Below are positions 25,188-35,135 of a DNA stretch of 64,000 nt, one piece after another. Position 1 is the first letter of the stretch, and every line of letters starts with the position of its first letter. Below the pieces are notes generated by a model. It worked only from the letters and a program-made list of their open reading frames with translations. It was not told the DNA's origin and made no database searches. The position numbers and the translations under genes are program-made. This DNA is from Alphaproteobacteria bacterium (GTDB lineage Bacteria > Pseudomonadota > Alphaproteobacteria > Rs-D84): the NCBI GenBank assembly GCA_017443235.1, contig JAFSOV010000014.1:1867-65866 (forward strand). Direction: 5' to 3'.

Positions 25188-27320
25188 TTATTGATTAGAT
25201 TCAGGTGTGCAATCTCTAAGTGATATGTTCACCCTACGGCATTCAGGTTCGTTGTTCTTTGGGTATTTGTCTTTGGTACACTCTGCGTCGGCAACACCCT
25301 TGGAATTATAGGTTATCTTGTTTGCATAATTGGCGAATTTATTAGTTAAGTATTGTTGTATGCTTTCCGCGCGTTGAGTGGATAATTTTGTGTTGTTCAT
25401 ATTTGAACCACGGGGGTATTGAGTTCTGTCCGTGTGCCCAGTAATATCTATACATACCTGTTGATTGTCAGATAAAGATTCCATAACATTTTGTAATCTA
25501 GCGGCCAATGCATCCAAAACGGTCGAATCTTTAACGGTCGATTTACCGGTATCAAAAGTGGCATCACCTTTTATATCAAGACTGATTGTTTCGCGTTCCG
25601 TTAATTGTGTTAATTGTGGCATCGCGCTTCTTAAATTAGATGTGTCAATCGTAGGTGCCGGCAAAGATGTGTCCAGTTGTACACGTTCCGCGGGTGTGAA
25701 TACAAACGCAGGTAATTGTTCTTCAATATCTGCCACCGTTGTGTCAAGTTTTTGTTGCAATTCGGTCTTTTTTCGGCCGTTGATAAGGTAATTCCCGGCG
25801 ATGCCACCAACTATACCGGCGCCGGCAACAATTGCACCGGTCTTTAATTGTTTTGCGGTTTGTTCTTTTTGTTCGGCCCAACGCGCGGCGTCTTCACTCG
25901 TTTCGTCACTTAATGCGCGCGCCAGGGATATTTCACCACCACTTTTTCTTTCCGCGGTTGCATATTGATAGAGTCCCGATTCTGCGCGGTCATATAATGT
26001 TTCGCTTTCGATGCCATTGCGCAGTCCCAATGCCGTCTTGGTTGTTTTCAAATTATCCGCCAAAGTTTTATATTCTGTATAGTATTCCAACAATTCATTA
26101 CCGCCCGGCAAAGTTATTTCTTCATTGCCCGCATTAAATTCTTGGCCACCACCATGTTCACATTTGAAAGTGGCCAGATAGTCACGCATTTGTTTTTCCG
26201 CCGTGGCGTCCGCCCGTTGTTCGGCAATTGCCGATGCCGCCTGCATTGCGCCGATTCCCGTTGCCGCGGTTGATGCCCCCGATACAGCACGATTTGCCCA
26301 ACTGTTTTCTTTTTCCCGGGCCGCATCTAATGCACTTTGCGCATCGGCCAGTTTTTGGTCTAAATCTGTTTCTTGGATGTTTTCATATTCTGTGCTTGTG
26401 GAACTGGTGGTTTGCGGTATAGGTTGGGCATTTTGTTGCTTCTGAGTTTGCGCAACTTGTCTGGACATATTTGGTGATATTTCAGAATCAGTTTGCCCAA
26501 GATTATTCCCTGTTGTATCCAATATTATGATATTGTCTTTTTCATCTTGAATCTGTTTGATGGTCAAAATCTGTGAAATGTAACCTTCTTTGGAAATTTT
26601 TATTTGTGTAAGGTTCGCATATTCCCCAATAGTCATTGTATAAGTGTTGCCGGATTCAGTTGCAATATTTTTGTTTTGGTTTTCCGGTAAATTCATTTGG
26701 GGGTATGTAAATGATACGCCCGATAGAAATTCGCCATCTGTATTTTTAACAACAACACTAATGGAATGGGCATCACTGGTGTTACAAACCTCATCTACAA
26801 ATAGAAATTCGCCGCCTTGAAACATACAATTGTCTTCTTCGGCGTAATATTTGGTCAAGGCCACCTTGCAAATATCATTGGTTTGTATCTTGTGGTATTC
26901 GTCATAATTTGGAAAGAAAATATAATCTAATTGATTTTTATCGGCTATAAGATAACTTCCGCTTGAAGTGCTGCGGTCCATTATGTTATCGAAATCGCAA
27001 TCTTCAAATTGTGAATCGTCTAATTTTATCCATTTGTTGTTTTGGCATTGATAAATATCACCGTCCCCGCCCAACACTTGGCTGTCGTTAGAGCAATAAA
27101 CAAAACTATCATTGGTTGCGCCATTGGGGCCACATTGTAAGTATCTTATTTTATCGTCATCATCGGGATGCAATATTGTATATTCGTCTTGTATATATTT
27201 TGTGTCCGGACCAGTTTTCACCCCTGCGGGCAATTCTTTTTTTAGAACGCCATATGCACAATCGGCAACGGATGGCACGGCATATAATGTGATAAGAAAG
27301 GCAAATAAAAAATTTCTCAT
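25188..27320 (-). CDS. Large OmpA-C-like (peptidoglycan-binding) domain protein with a novel N-terminal region
   Basis: 710 aa. Order: signal peptide, Cys-containing N-terminal region, Gln/Thr-rich linker, coiled-coil, hydrophobic segment GAIVAGAGIVGGIAGNYLI, then a C-terminal OmpA-like domain (ITGHTDRTQ...NTKLSTQRAESIQQYL). Confidence 0.82.
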   Translation of the reverse strand: MRNFLFAFLITLYAVPSVADCAYGVLKKELPAGVKTGPDTKYIQDEYTILHPDDDDKIRYLQCGPNGATNDSFVYCSNDSQVLGGDGDIYQCQNNKWIKLDDSQFEDCDFDNIMDRSTSSGSYLIADKNQLDYIFFPNYDEYHKIQTNDICKVALTKYYAEEDNCMFQGGEFLFVDEVCNTSDAHSISVVVKNTDGEFLSGVSFTYPQMNLPENQNKNIATESGNTYTMTIGEYANLTQIKISKEGYISQILTIKQIQDEKDNIIILDTTGNNLGQTDSEISPNMSRQVAQTQKQQNAQPIPQTTSSTSTEYENIQETDLDQKLADAQSALDAAREKENSWANRAVSGASTAATGIGAMQAASAIAEQRADATAEKQMRDYLATFKCEHGGGQEFNAGNEEITLPGGNELLEYYTEYKTLADNLKTTKTALGLRNGIESETLYDRAESGLYQYATAERKSGGEISLARALSDETSEDAARWAEQKEQTAKQLKTGAIVAGAGIVGGIAGNYLINGRKKTELQQKLDTTVADIEEQLPAFVFTPAERVQLDTSLPAPTIDTSNLRSAMPQLTQLTERETISLDIKGDATFDTGKSTVKDSTVLDALAARLQNVMESLSDNQQVCIDITGHTDRTQYPRGSNMNNTKLSTQRAESIQQYLTNKFANYANKITYNSKGVADAECTKDKYPKNNEPECRRVNISLRDCTPESNQ

Positions 27321-27418
27321 CTCTTGTTGGTCCCTTATGCCCTATTCTATCAAATTTGGGATTTTTGAACAAGAAAAAAACACGTATCATTTTATTGATA
27401 CGTGTTATGATTTCAACC

Positions 27419-29131
27419 TTACATTTCGTTTGGAATTTTTAACCCCATTAAATCCAGTGCCTTGGTCAAAACATCTGTGGCAATTTGGACCAGTGTTAAG
27501 CGTGTTGCACGCGTGTCCGCCGGAATGTCTTCGCGCAATATCGGGCAATTGTGATAGAACGTATTTATCAATTGGCACAAATCGTATGTATAGTTTGCAA
27601 CCAAGTCCGTGGCACGTGAATCAAATGCCGATTGAACCGTACGGTCGAAATCCAGTAATTCCATAATCAAATTGCGTTCATCCGATTCGAATTTCGCGGT
27701 GTCCGGCGTGGCGAATTTGCCCGCGCGCCGCAAAACAGAATTTAACCGGACCGCCGTGTATAAAATGTATGGGCCGGTGCGCCCTTCGAACGAAGTGATT
27801 TGGGCCGGGTCAAATATATAGTCCGCACGCAGGTCGTGCGACAAATCGTTGAACTTTAATGCCGCCAACGCAATCATATCAATCGTTTCATCGTCCAGTT
27901 TTTTGCCGGATTCCGCCACGCGTTCGCGCGCCGCCACGCCGACCATTTCGATAATGTCGTTCAATTCGGCAACATTTCCGTCACGCGTTTTGAACGGTTT
28001 ACCGTCCGCGCCGTTTATTGTGCCGTAACCAATGTGTTCCAACGCATCGGCCGGGAACATCTTTAACAATTCGGCAACACGGAACAATTGTTCAAAGTGC
28101 AACGATTGGCGTTTGTCCGTTAAATAAATTACTTTGTCCGGATTGTCCGTCTTTTTGCGATAATACAATGCCATAATGTCGGTTGCATCATATGTGACCG
28201 CGCCACGCGAATTATAGAACATAACCGGTGGCATAGGCTTTTTATCTTCATCACGTTTTACAACAACAACTTCGGCGCCATCACTGGGTTCCAGTAAATT
28301 TTTGTCGCGCAGAATTTTTTCCACGTCTTTGGTATATTTCGCCGCGTTGCGTTCACCCAAATCATTATCAAACGGAACAATGTTCAATGATTTAATTGTG
28401 CGGTCCATTGATGCCAATGCTATTGGTAAAAATATGTTGTACAGTGCGGTATATCCAGCATGGCCATTCTGTAATTCTGCGGTAATTTGTTGCGCGTGTG
28501 CCAAGAATGCCTCGTCTTCTTTGGCAAGTGCACTGGCCTTTGGGTAATATGTGTCCAATTCGCGTGGGTCAATTGTATATTTTGAATAATCGCCCCGTGG
28601 GTCGAAATTCACCCCAAAAAATGGCCAATCGGGGTGTAATTTTTCAATCCATGCAATAACCAATCCCATTGGACGGCCCCAATCGCCGATATGATTATAA
28701 GAAATCATTTTGTGTCCCAATGCACGGCCCAAACGGTACAATACATCTCCAACAATTGATGTTCGCATATGCCCAATGTGCAGTGATTTTGCAACGTTAT
28801 ATGCGCCATAGTCCATATCTATGACCAACGGCGTGGCCGCGGGTGTTATGCTTGCGGCGGTGTGTGCGGCGCGCCACAAAAAATCATCACGGATTTTAAG
28901 GTTTATAAAACCCGGCCCCGCAATAGATGCAGATTCCACAAAATCCAATTCTTGAATTTTTGGTAAAATATCGGTTGCCAATTCACGTGGATTTTTGCCG
29001 GCCGATCGTGCCATAACCATTGCCGCGTTGGTCGAAAAATCACCGAATTCACGGTTGCGCGGAATTTCCAGTTTTGCATCAAATCCCAATTTTTCGTTGA
29101 TTTTTTCAGATACATATTTATAAAGATTCAT
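27419..29131 (-). CDS. argS: Arginyl-tRNA synthetase
   Basis: Overall ArgRS layout with HIGH-type motif (AKSLHIGHMRTSIVGD) and a C-terminal anticodon-binding region ending in M. Confidence 0.95.
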   Translation of the reverse strand: MNLYKYVSEKINEKLGFDAKLEIPRNREFGDFSTNAAMVMARSAGKNPRELATDILPKIQELDFVESASIAGPGFINLKIRDDFLWRAAHTAASITPAATPLVIDMDYGAYNVAKSLHIGHMRTSIVGDVLYRLGRALGHKMISYNHIGDWGRPMGLVIAWIEKLHPDWPFFGVNFDPRGDYSKYTIDPRELDTYYPKASALAKEDEAFLAHAQQITAELQNGHAGYTALYNIFLPIALASMDRTIKSLNIVPFDNDLGERNAAKYTKDVEKILRDKNLLEPSDGAEVVVVKRDEDKKPMPPVMFYNSRGAVTYDATDIMALYYRKKTDNPDKVIYLTDKRQSLHFEQLFRVAELLKMFPADALEHIGYGTINGADGKPFKTRDGNVAELNDIIEMVGVAARERVAESGKKLDDETIDMIALAALKFNDLSHDLRADYIFDPAQITSFEGRTGPYILYTAVRLNSVLRRAGKFATPDTAKFESDERNLIMELLDFDRTVQSAFDSRATDLVANYTYDLCQLINTFYHNCPILREDIPADTRATRLTLVQIATDVLTKALDLMGLKIPNEM

Positions 29132-29151
29132 TTTTAACCCCGTGATTTTTA

Positions 29152-30432
29152 TTAAACCGGCAATACCACGCGCACGCGCAGACCACCCAGTTCACTGTCT
29201 TCCAAGAATATTTGGCCGCCGTGGTTTTCTATCGCCGTTTTGGCAATGGACAAACCCAAACCCGTTCCGCCGGTATCCGCCGCGCGCGCATCGTCCAAGC
29301 GGACAAATGGGCGCATCGCATCGGCCTTTTTATCGTCCGGAATGCCGGGGCCATCATCTTCTATGATAATGGTTGTTTCGCCCGCGGTGTCTGTTTCGGT
29401 TATTTTGATAATCTTGTTCGCATAACGTGCGGCGTTTTCGATTATGTTTCCAAACGCACGTGCCAATGCCATTGGGCGCGCATAGAATTGAACCGGGGTG
29501 TCCGGAAATTCGGTTATAATACGTTTGTCCGGTGCCGCGTCACGCGCGATGCGCAACAACATTGGTGGCAATTCGGTGGACTGTTCTATTTCCGGCATTT
29601 CGCCACGTGCAAATGCCAAATATCCACTTATCATCGCACTCATACGATCAATGTCGGTCAATAATGCGTTTTTGTCCGCGGTGTCGGTTTCAATTGCAAG
29701 ACGCATCCGGGCAAGTGGTGATTTCAAATCGTGACTGACCGCGTTTAACATATCTGTGCGGGTGCGGTTGTATCGGTCCAATCGTTCTTTCATTGTTATC
29801 ATTGCGGTTGCGGCCTCGCGTATTTCGCGCGAACCGGTCGGTTGGAATCCCGGCGCATCCAGTCCACGCCCGAAACGATTTGCCGCATGTGCAATGCGCC
29901 GAATGCTGCGATTATGCAATATGATAAACGGCGAAACCAAAATCGAAACGATTAAAATCGCACCAATCAGCCATATTATAAATACTTCGGTACTGGTAGA
30001 ATAAATGCGATAAAGACTTGTCCCGAATGTTGCAATTTTGCCGTCCCGCGTTGGAATATCAATATAGATAAGGCGCGAAGCACGATCAATATATATATTC
30101 GCGCGTCTTTTTACCCGATTGGACAATTCGTGCGCAAGTAATCCAGCCTCGCGCGAGGCGTTATCGCTGTGCTTTGGGCGGTTCAATTTGTCGTGAACCG
30201 AGAAATTTATGCCGACATCGGTCGCCATTGTTTGTGCCGCACCGGTGTTGCCGGCGTCCATAAAATTCATCATTGTTGTCACTTCGCCGGCCAATGTGCG
30301 CGCCAAAGTCGCATGCACCCGCGCCCAGTGATTACCAAAAAATACGTTGGCAATAATAACCTGGGCCACGACCAGTGGAACCAATATCAATAAAATCGTA
30401 CGCCAGAAAAAACTGCGTGGAATCAATCTCAT
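29152..30432 (-). CDS. Sensor histidine kinase (EnvZ-like: two TM segments, HAMP, HisKA, HATPase_c)
   Basis: H-box AVSHDLKSPLARMRL and G-boxes DDGPGIP and GGTGLGLSIAK. Start set at MRLIPRSFF, 4 nt below the regulator's stop. Confidence 0.88.
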   Translation of the reverse strand: MRLIPRSFFWRTILLILVPLVVAQVIIANVFFGNHWARVHATLARTLAGEVTTMMNFMDAGNTGAAQTMATDVGINFSVHDKLNRPKHSDNASREAGLLAHELSNRVKRRANIYIDRASRLIYIDIPTRDGKIATFGTSLYRIYSTSTEVFIIWLIGAILIVSILVSPFIILHNRSIRRIAHAANRFGRGLDAPGFQPTGSREIREAATAMITMKERLDRYNRTRTDMLNAVSHDLKSPLARMRLAIETDTADKNALLTDIDRMSAMISGYLAFARGEMPEIEQSTELPPMLLRIARDAAPDKRIITEFPDTPVQFYARPMALARAFGNIIENAARYANKIIKITETDTAGETTIIIEDDGPGIPDDKKADAMRPFVRLDDARAADTGGTGLGLSIAKTAIENHGGQIFLEDSELGGLRVRVVLPV

Positions 30433-30436
30433 ACGT

Positions 30437-31090
30437 CTATTCTGCCTTTGTTGTGCAGTCCGGATTTGAACATACCAATTTGTAACCACGACTGCGTATG
30501 GTCACAATGTCCAGATGTGATAATACACTATTTAATTTGTTGCGCAAGCGTTTTGCAACCATTGGGGCCGCCGCCACAATATTGCCAACCGGGCAGGTCA
30601 AATTTAATAACAATTTCTTTTCTTCGCCCGACAGCGCCAATATGCGTGTTTCCCCATTTGGCGATTGAACAAAAAATTCGTTATCAATCAAGGCCAATCC
30701 ATCGGGCATTTTGGGTGTGGTGCCCCGGGCGTGGCGCGTAATATTATTTATGCGCAATATCAATTCACGCAATTGAAACGGTTTGGCCAAATAATCATCC
30801 GCGCCACCGACAAGACCTTCGATGGCATTTTCCGCACCCCCCATCGCGGTCAGTATAATCGTCGGCGTGTTGTTGCCCGCCGCCCGCAGTTTTTTAAGGA
30901 ACGTTAAACCGTCCATATCCGTCATCATACGGTCCAGAATAATTGCGTCAACCAAAATGCGCCCCAATATTTCGCCCCCGTCATTGGCGCAACCCGCAGT
31001 CAAAACATTAAAACCGTTCGCGCGCAATCCCCGCGCAAGCGTCGTGCGCAACATATCATCGTCATCAATAACAAGAACAGTTTTGTTCAT
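30437..31090 (-). CDS. OmpR-family response regulator
   Basis: Receiver domain (VLVIDDDD...ILDRMMTDMDG...AKPF) plus a winged-helix C-terminus (TIRSRGYKLV). Confidence 0.9.
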   Translation of the reverse strand: MNKTVLVIDDDDMLRTTLARGLRANGFNVLTAGCANDGGEILGRILVDAIILDRMMTDMDGLTFLKKLRAAGNNTPTIILTAMGGAENAIEGLVGGADDYLAKPFQLRELILRINNITRHARGTTPKMPDGLALIDNEFFVQSPNGETRILALSGEEKKLLLNLTCPVGNIVAAAPMVAKRLRNKLNSVLSHLDIVTIRSRGYKLVCSNPDCTTKAE

Positions 31091-31160
31091 ATTCGGGCCT
31101 TTTGTCTTATTCTAGGCGTTTTTTATGCCGATTTCAAGCCCAACACATTAAATCTGTGAA

Positions 31161-32066
31161 TTATTTCCGCAACGGTTCAACCGCATATTCACCGGGTTGA
31201 ATCGTTTGAATAAGGTTGTCGTTTTCGTCAACCGCCGCACGGAATTGCATACCACCCGTTGTAAATTCGGTCTTGAACAACGCATAACCCGTTCCGCCAC
31301 CGGCGGTTGGGCCCTGGGTCCCCAAAGAATAGTACCCGCCCAAAATGCCATAATCCAAATCTATATAATCCAAGTTCACCAATAATGAAACATTACTGAA
31401 ACCGTCACTGGTCATATTGCATGTAAATTCCCGATTCGACAATGTTGCCGATGAATTGTTCGGTATGACAATATCCATAATCGTGGGTTCGCAAACACGG
31501 CTTATACCATTTACCAACAATTCGTACGTCATATTCACCGTTGCACGCGAAAGACCGGTTGAAACGTTTACCTGGGAAATGGTGGCCTTGGGTATTTTAA
31601 TAAGCGCGTTCGCAATACCGGCCCGAACCGGGAACGAAATGCCCGATTGCAGACAGTCGCGTGAAAATGGATCGGCCTCGCAAATATATAGACGGGAATG
31701 CGCGTTCATCATAAATGTGTTGACCAGGCTGTTAAATAAAAACGTACGTGTGATTTTGTCATTCAGCCGCGTACAACCAAAATTGCGGCACACAACCATT
31801 GGACGTTCGGCAAACATAACGCCGGGGTGTGCCATGCTTTCCGCTTCGCGGGCATCGATTATATTTTGGTCGTAATTCAAACTGTCTGCGCGTTGCATAA
31901 ATTCACTTTCGGGGACAAAGTTTGGGTCATCCGGGTATGCATAATATGATTGAACCGGGGTTTCGGTATAAATTGTTTGAAAACTTTCTTCAATATATTG
32001 GGTTGCGCCAAACGCATTTGTCGCGACAATTACGCCCAAGGCCGCCGTTAAAGTTGAATTTTTCAT
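31161..32066 (-). CDS. Secreted hypothetical protein
   Basis: 301 aa with signal peptide MKNSTLTAALGVIVATNAFG. Lies directly upstream of, and co-directional with, the two-component genes. Confidence 0.65.
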   Translation of the reverse strand: MKNSTLTAALGVIVATNAFGATQYIEESFQTIYTETPVQSYYAYPDDPNFVPESEFMQRADSLNYDQNIIDAREAESMAHPGVMFAERPMVVCRNFGCTRLNDKITRTFLFNSLVNTFMMNAHSRLYICEADPFSRDCLQSGISFPVRAGIANALIKIPKATISQVNVSTGLSRATVNMTYELLVNGISRVCEPTIMDIVIPNNSSATLSNREFTCNMTSDGFSNVSLLVNLDYIDLDYGILGGYYSLGTQGPTAGGGTGYALFKTEFTTGGMQFRAAVDENDNLIQTIQPGEYAVEPLRK

Positions 32067-32199
32067 TTTATTGCCCTTCCCTTGATACTTTTATGGTGTT
32101 ATTCTAAAACATTATGGCCATTCGTGTCAAAGCAAAAATTTTTATTGAAAATTAGTTGTGGTTTGTTCTATAAAACATACTATAATATATTGAACAAAA

Positions 32200-32874
32200 T
32201 TGGAAAGGTGTGTTATGGTTGACATTATTATATCTGGGGATGCGGGAAAATTGCACGCGGTTTATCACAAATCTTTGACCGAAGGTGCACCATTGGCGGT
32301 CGTGTTGTCGGGCAACCCGCGGCAAAAGCATCATATGAACGACAGAATATCTTATGCGATGTTTCGTGCGTTTATGGATATTGGGTTTTCGGTTGTGCGC
32401 TTTAATTATCGTGGCGTCGGCGATAGCGAAGGCGCACTTGGCACAACGGCGGACAATATGTTGGATATTGCAACGGTCATAGATTGGATACAGAATCATA
32501 ATGAAGACAGTGATAAAATATGGTTGGCGGGGCATCAATTGGGCGCTTGGTACGTTTTGCAAACATTGATGCGCCGGCCCGAAGTGTCTGGATTTGCCCT
32601 TGTGTCGCCGGATGCGTCTGTGTCGGATTTTGCGTTCCTGTCGCCGCGTCCAAATCGTGGTCTGTTGCTTCAAGGTGCCGAAGAATCAGAAGACGCCAAG
32701 ATGTTTTCGACCCATTTGACCCAGGTGTTAAAGAAACAGGCCCAGATTGATTTGGAAACTATCCGCATCAAGGGTGCAAATGAAACATATGGTGCGCCGG
32801 CCGATTTACGCCAATTGTATAACGACCTTAAGGCATATGTGGGACGCGAAAACGCAGATACCAAATTATTATAA
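32200..32874 (+). CDS. Alpha/beta-fold hydrolase-like protein, possibly lacking the nucleophile
   Basis: VVRFNYRGVGDSEG matches the short alpha/beta hydrolase family. The expected nucleophile elbow reads LAGHQLGAW, that is G-H-Q-L-G rather than G-x-S-x-G. The start could instead be 32215. Confidence 0.65.
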   Translation: MERCVMVDIIISGDAGKLHAVYHKSLTEGAPLAVVLSGNPRQKHHMNDRISYAMFRAFMDIGFSVVRFNYRGVGDSEGALGTTADNMLDIATVIDWIQNHNEDSDKIWLAGHQLGAWYVLQTLMRRPEVSGFALVSPDASVSDFAFLSPRPNRGLLLQGAEESEDAKMFSTHLTQVLKKQAQIDLETIRIKGANETYGAPADLRQLYNDLKAYVGRENADTKLL

Positions 32875-32892
32875 GAATAAATTGGATAACAA

Positions 32893-33882
32893 ATGGACAA
32901 AACAAACAGATTTATGGACCCAAATATACCCGATGAAATGGCGGCAAGCATTCGCCCCAAGACCTTGGCGGACTTTATCGGTCACGATGCGTTAAAGCAG
33001 AATTTGTCGGTGTTTATATCGGGTGCGCGGTCGCGCGGTGAACCGATGGACCACGTGTTGCTGTATGGGCCGCCGGGGTTGGGTAAAACCACCCTGGCCC
33101 ACATAGTGGCAAATGAATTGGGCGCAAATTTTCGGGCGACATCGGCGCCAATGTTGACCAAGCAAGGCGATTTGGCGGCGATATTGACGGCGTTGGAACC
33201 GATGGATGTTTTGTTTATTGATGAAATTCATCGTTTGCCGACCGCCATAGAAGAAGTTCTGTATTCCGCAATGGAAGATTTCAAATTGGACATTATGTTG
33301 GGCGAAGGTCCGTCCGCAAAAAGTGTTCGAATCGATTTACCGCCGTTCACATTGGTTGGTGCAACAACGCGGACGGGGTTGTTGTCGAATCCGTTGCGCG
33401 ATCGCTTTGGAATTGATTTGCGGCTTAGTTTTTACCCCCCCGCGGATTTGGCGAAAATTATTCGGCGCAGTGCGGGGATTTTGGGAACAGAAATTGACGA
33501 TGCCGGGGCCTTGGCATTGGCAAAAAGTTCACGTGGAACACCGCGTATTGCCAACCGTTTGTTAAAACGTGCGCGGGATTTTGCCGCGGCAATGGGTTCC
33601 GGGATAATCACGGCGGACGTGATAAAGACAACATTGGAACAATTGCATATTGATGCGTCTGGGTTGGATCAAATTGACCGGGATTATTTGAATGCGATTA
33701 TAATGCACTATGCGGGCGGCCCGGTTGGAATTGATAATTTGTCGGCGGCGTTGTCTGAACCGGCGGACACTATTGAAGACGTTATTGAACCATATCTAAT
33801 GCAATTGGGTTTGATTCAGCGCACCCCGCGTGGGAGAATCGTTACCGATGCAGGATATCGTCATATGGGATTGGAGAAATAA
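32893..33882 (+). CDS. ruvB: Holliday junction branch-migration helicase RuvB
   Basis: Walker [10 protein letters not shown], Walker [11 protein letters not shown], sensor and arginine-finger regions; RuvB-like throughout. Confidence 0.95.
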   Translation: MDKTNRFMDPNIPDEMAASIRPKTLADFIGHDALKQNLSVFISGARSRGEPMDHVLLYGPPGLGKTTLAHIVANELGANFRATSAPMLTKQGDLAAILTALEPMDVLFIDEIHRLPTAIEEVLYSAMEDFKLDIMLGEGPSAKSVRIDLPPFTLVGATTRTGLLSNPLRDRFGIDLRLSFYPPADLAKIIRRSAGILGTEIDDAGALALAKSSRGTPRIANRLLKRARDFAAAMGSGIITADVIKTTLEQLHIDASGLDQIDRDYLNAIIMHYAGGPVGIDNLSAALSEPADTIEDVIEPYLMQLGLIQRTPRGRIVTDAGYRHMGLEK

Positions 33883-33884
33883 TC

Positions 33885-34259
33885 ATGAAAACATATAAAT
33901 TTAATTTTTCGGTTGCCTATGCCGACACCGATGCGGGTGGAATAATGTATCATGGGCGTTATATCGAGGTTGCCGAACGTGCGCGGATGAATATGATGCG
34001 TGGAATATCCGTGCCGGACACTGATTTGGGATTTGTGGTTAAAAAATTAGACATAAAATATATGTCACCGTTAAAATTGGCGGACGATTTTATGGTGGAA
34101 ACGACAATAACCGCGGTTGGCGCGGTTTCTATGGATTTAGAACAAAAGTTCGTGCATGGTGATGCAATTTGTGCTATAATGCACATAACTGTGGCGTATA
34201 TTGGCGCAGATATGAAATTAAAAAGTATCCCCGGCGATATTACATCACGGTTGAATTAA
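33885..34259 (+). CDS. ybgC: YbgC-type acyl-CoA thioesterase (hotdog fold)
   Basis: VAYADTDAGGIMYHGRYIEVAERAR motif, 124 aa. Sits in the ruvB-ybgC-tolQ position. Confidence 0.8.
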   Translation: MKTYKFNFSVAYADTDAGGIMYHGRYIEVAERARMNMMRGISVPDTDLGFVVKKLDIKYMSPLKLADDFMVETTITAVGAVSMDLEQKFVHGDAICAIMHITVAYIGADMKLKSIPGDITSRLN

Positions 34260-34289
34260 ATGTTTTTAATTTTAAGGTAAGGAATAAAA

Positions 34290-34730
34290 ATGAATGCGTT
34301 TTCTTTGTGGAGATTGTTCACAAGCGATGTCGTTACGGCGGTTGCATCTATTACTTTGGTGGTATTTAGTGTTATGTCGTGGGCGGTGATTATTGAAAAA
34401 ATTCGACTTTTTCATGGGGTGCGCCATAAAAAGATAAGCGGAAATCCCGATGAAGCGATTCGTCCATTCGATAAAAATCTTTGGTTTTTGGCGATGTGCG
34501 CATATGTTTCGCCATTTATTGGATTGTTTGGAACGGTTTGGGGGGTTATGGATTCTTTTGCGTCCATTGGCGCAAACCAATCGGTCAGCATCGGCGTAAT
34601 TGCGCCGGGTTTGGCGATTGCATTGGGAACAACGGCGTTGGGGTTGGTTGTGGCAATACCTGCGGCAATCGCGCACCAGGTTTTTTCCAAACGTGCCGAT
34701 GATTTATATGAAAAAATTGGGGGAAAATAA
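34290..34730 (+). CDS. tolQ: MotA/TolQ/ExbB-family proton channel subunit, unusually short (146 aa)
   Basis: Three TM segments. Conserved TM2-TM3 region: PFIGLFGTVWGVMDSF and LAIALGTTALGLVVAIPAAIAH. The cytoplasmic loop is only about 35 aa. Confidence 0.8.
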   Translation: MNAFSLWRLFTSDVVTAVASITLVVFSVMSWAVIIEKIRLFHGVRHKKISGNPDEAIRPFDKNLWFLAMCAYVSPFIGLFGTVWGVMDSFASIGANQSVSIGVIAPGLAIALGTTALGLVVAIPAAIAHQVFSKRADDLYEKIGGK

Positions 34731-34731
34731 A

Positions 34732-35133
34732 ATGTCACGGACACGCCGCAGGATTACGGATGCCAGCCTTTCGCTTACGCCAATGATTGATGTTATGACG
34801 GTGTTGTTGGCGGTGTTTATGGTGACGACACCGATGATGACCAATGGTATAGATTTGGATTTGCCGAATGCCGGAACAACGGTTTTGACCGGTACAGACC
34901 ACGCAATGCAAATCAGTGTCGATTCGGCCGGGCGTTATTATATTGGTACGACCCAATTGCCGCTGGATGATGTGATTAAACGCGCGGTGGCGATGCGGGG
35001 TGAAAATTCTAACCTGGCCATTGTGATAAATGGTGACCGGCGCGCGGATTATGGTGCGGTTATGGCGGTTATGGGAAAATTAAAGACCGCGGGTTTTGAA
35101 CGTGTGGGGTTGCGGACAAAATTGGATAAATAA
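34732..35133 (+). CDS. tolR: ExbD/TolR-family protein
   Basis: LTPMIDVMTVLLAVFMV TM motif and a C-terminal ExbD fold region. Start at MSRTRRR, 1 nt after the tolQ stop. Confidence 0.85.
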   Translation: MSRTRRRITDASLSLTPMIDVMTVLLAVFMVTTPMMTNGIDLDLPNAGTTVLTGTDHAMQISVDSAGRYYIGTTQLPLDDVIKRAVAMRGENSNLAIVINGDRRADYGAVMAVMGKLKTAGFERVGLRTKLDK

Positions 35134-35135
35134 AA

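Noticed and set aside
32152-32673. 173-aa minus-strand ORF opposite the alpha/beta-hydrolase-like gene.
   Set aside because: Its His/Arg-rich low-complexity translation lies antisense to an ORF with recognisable family motifs.
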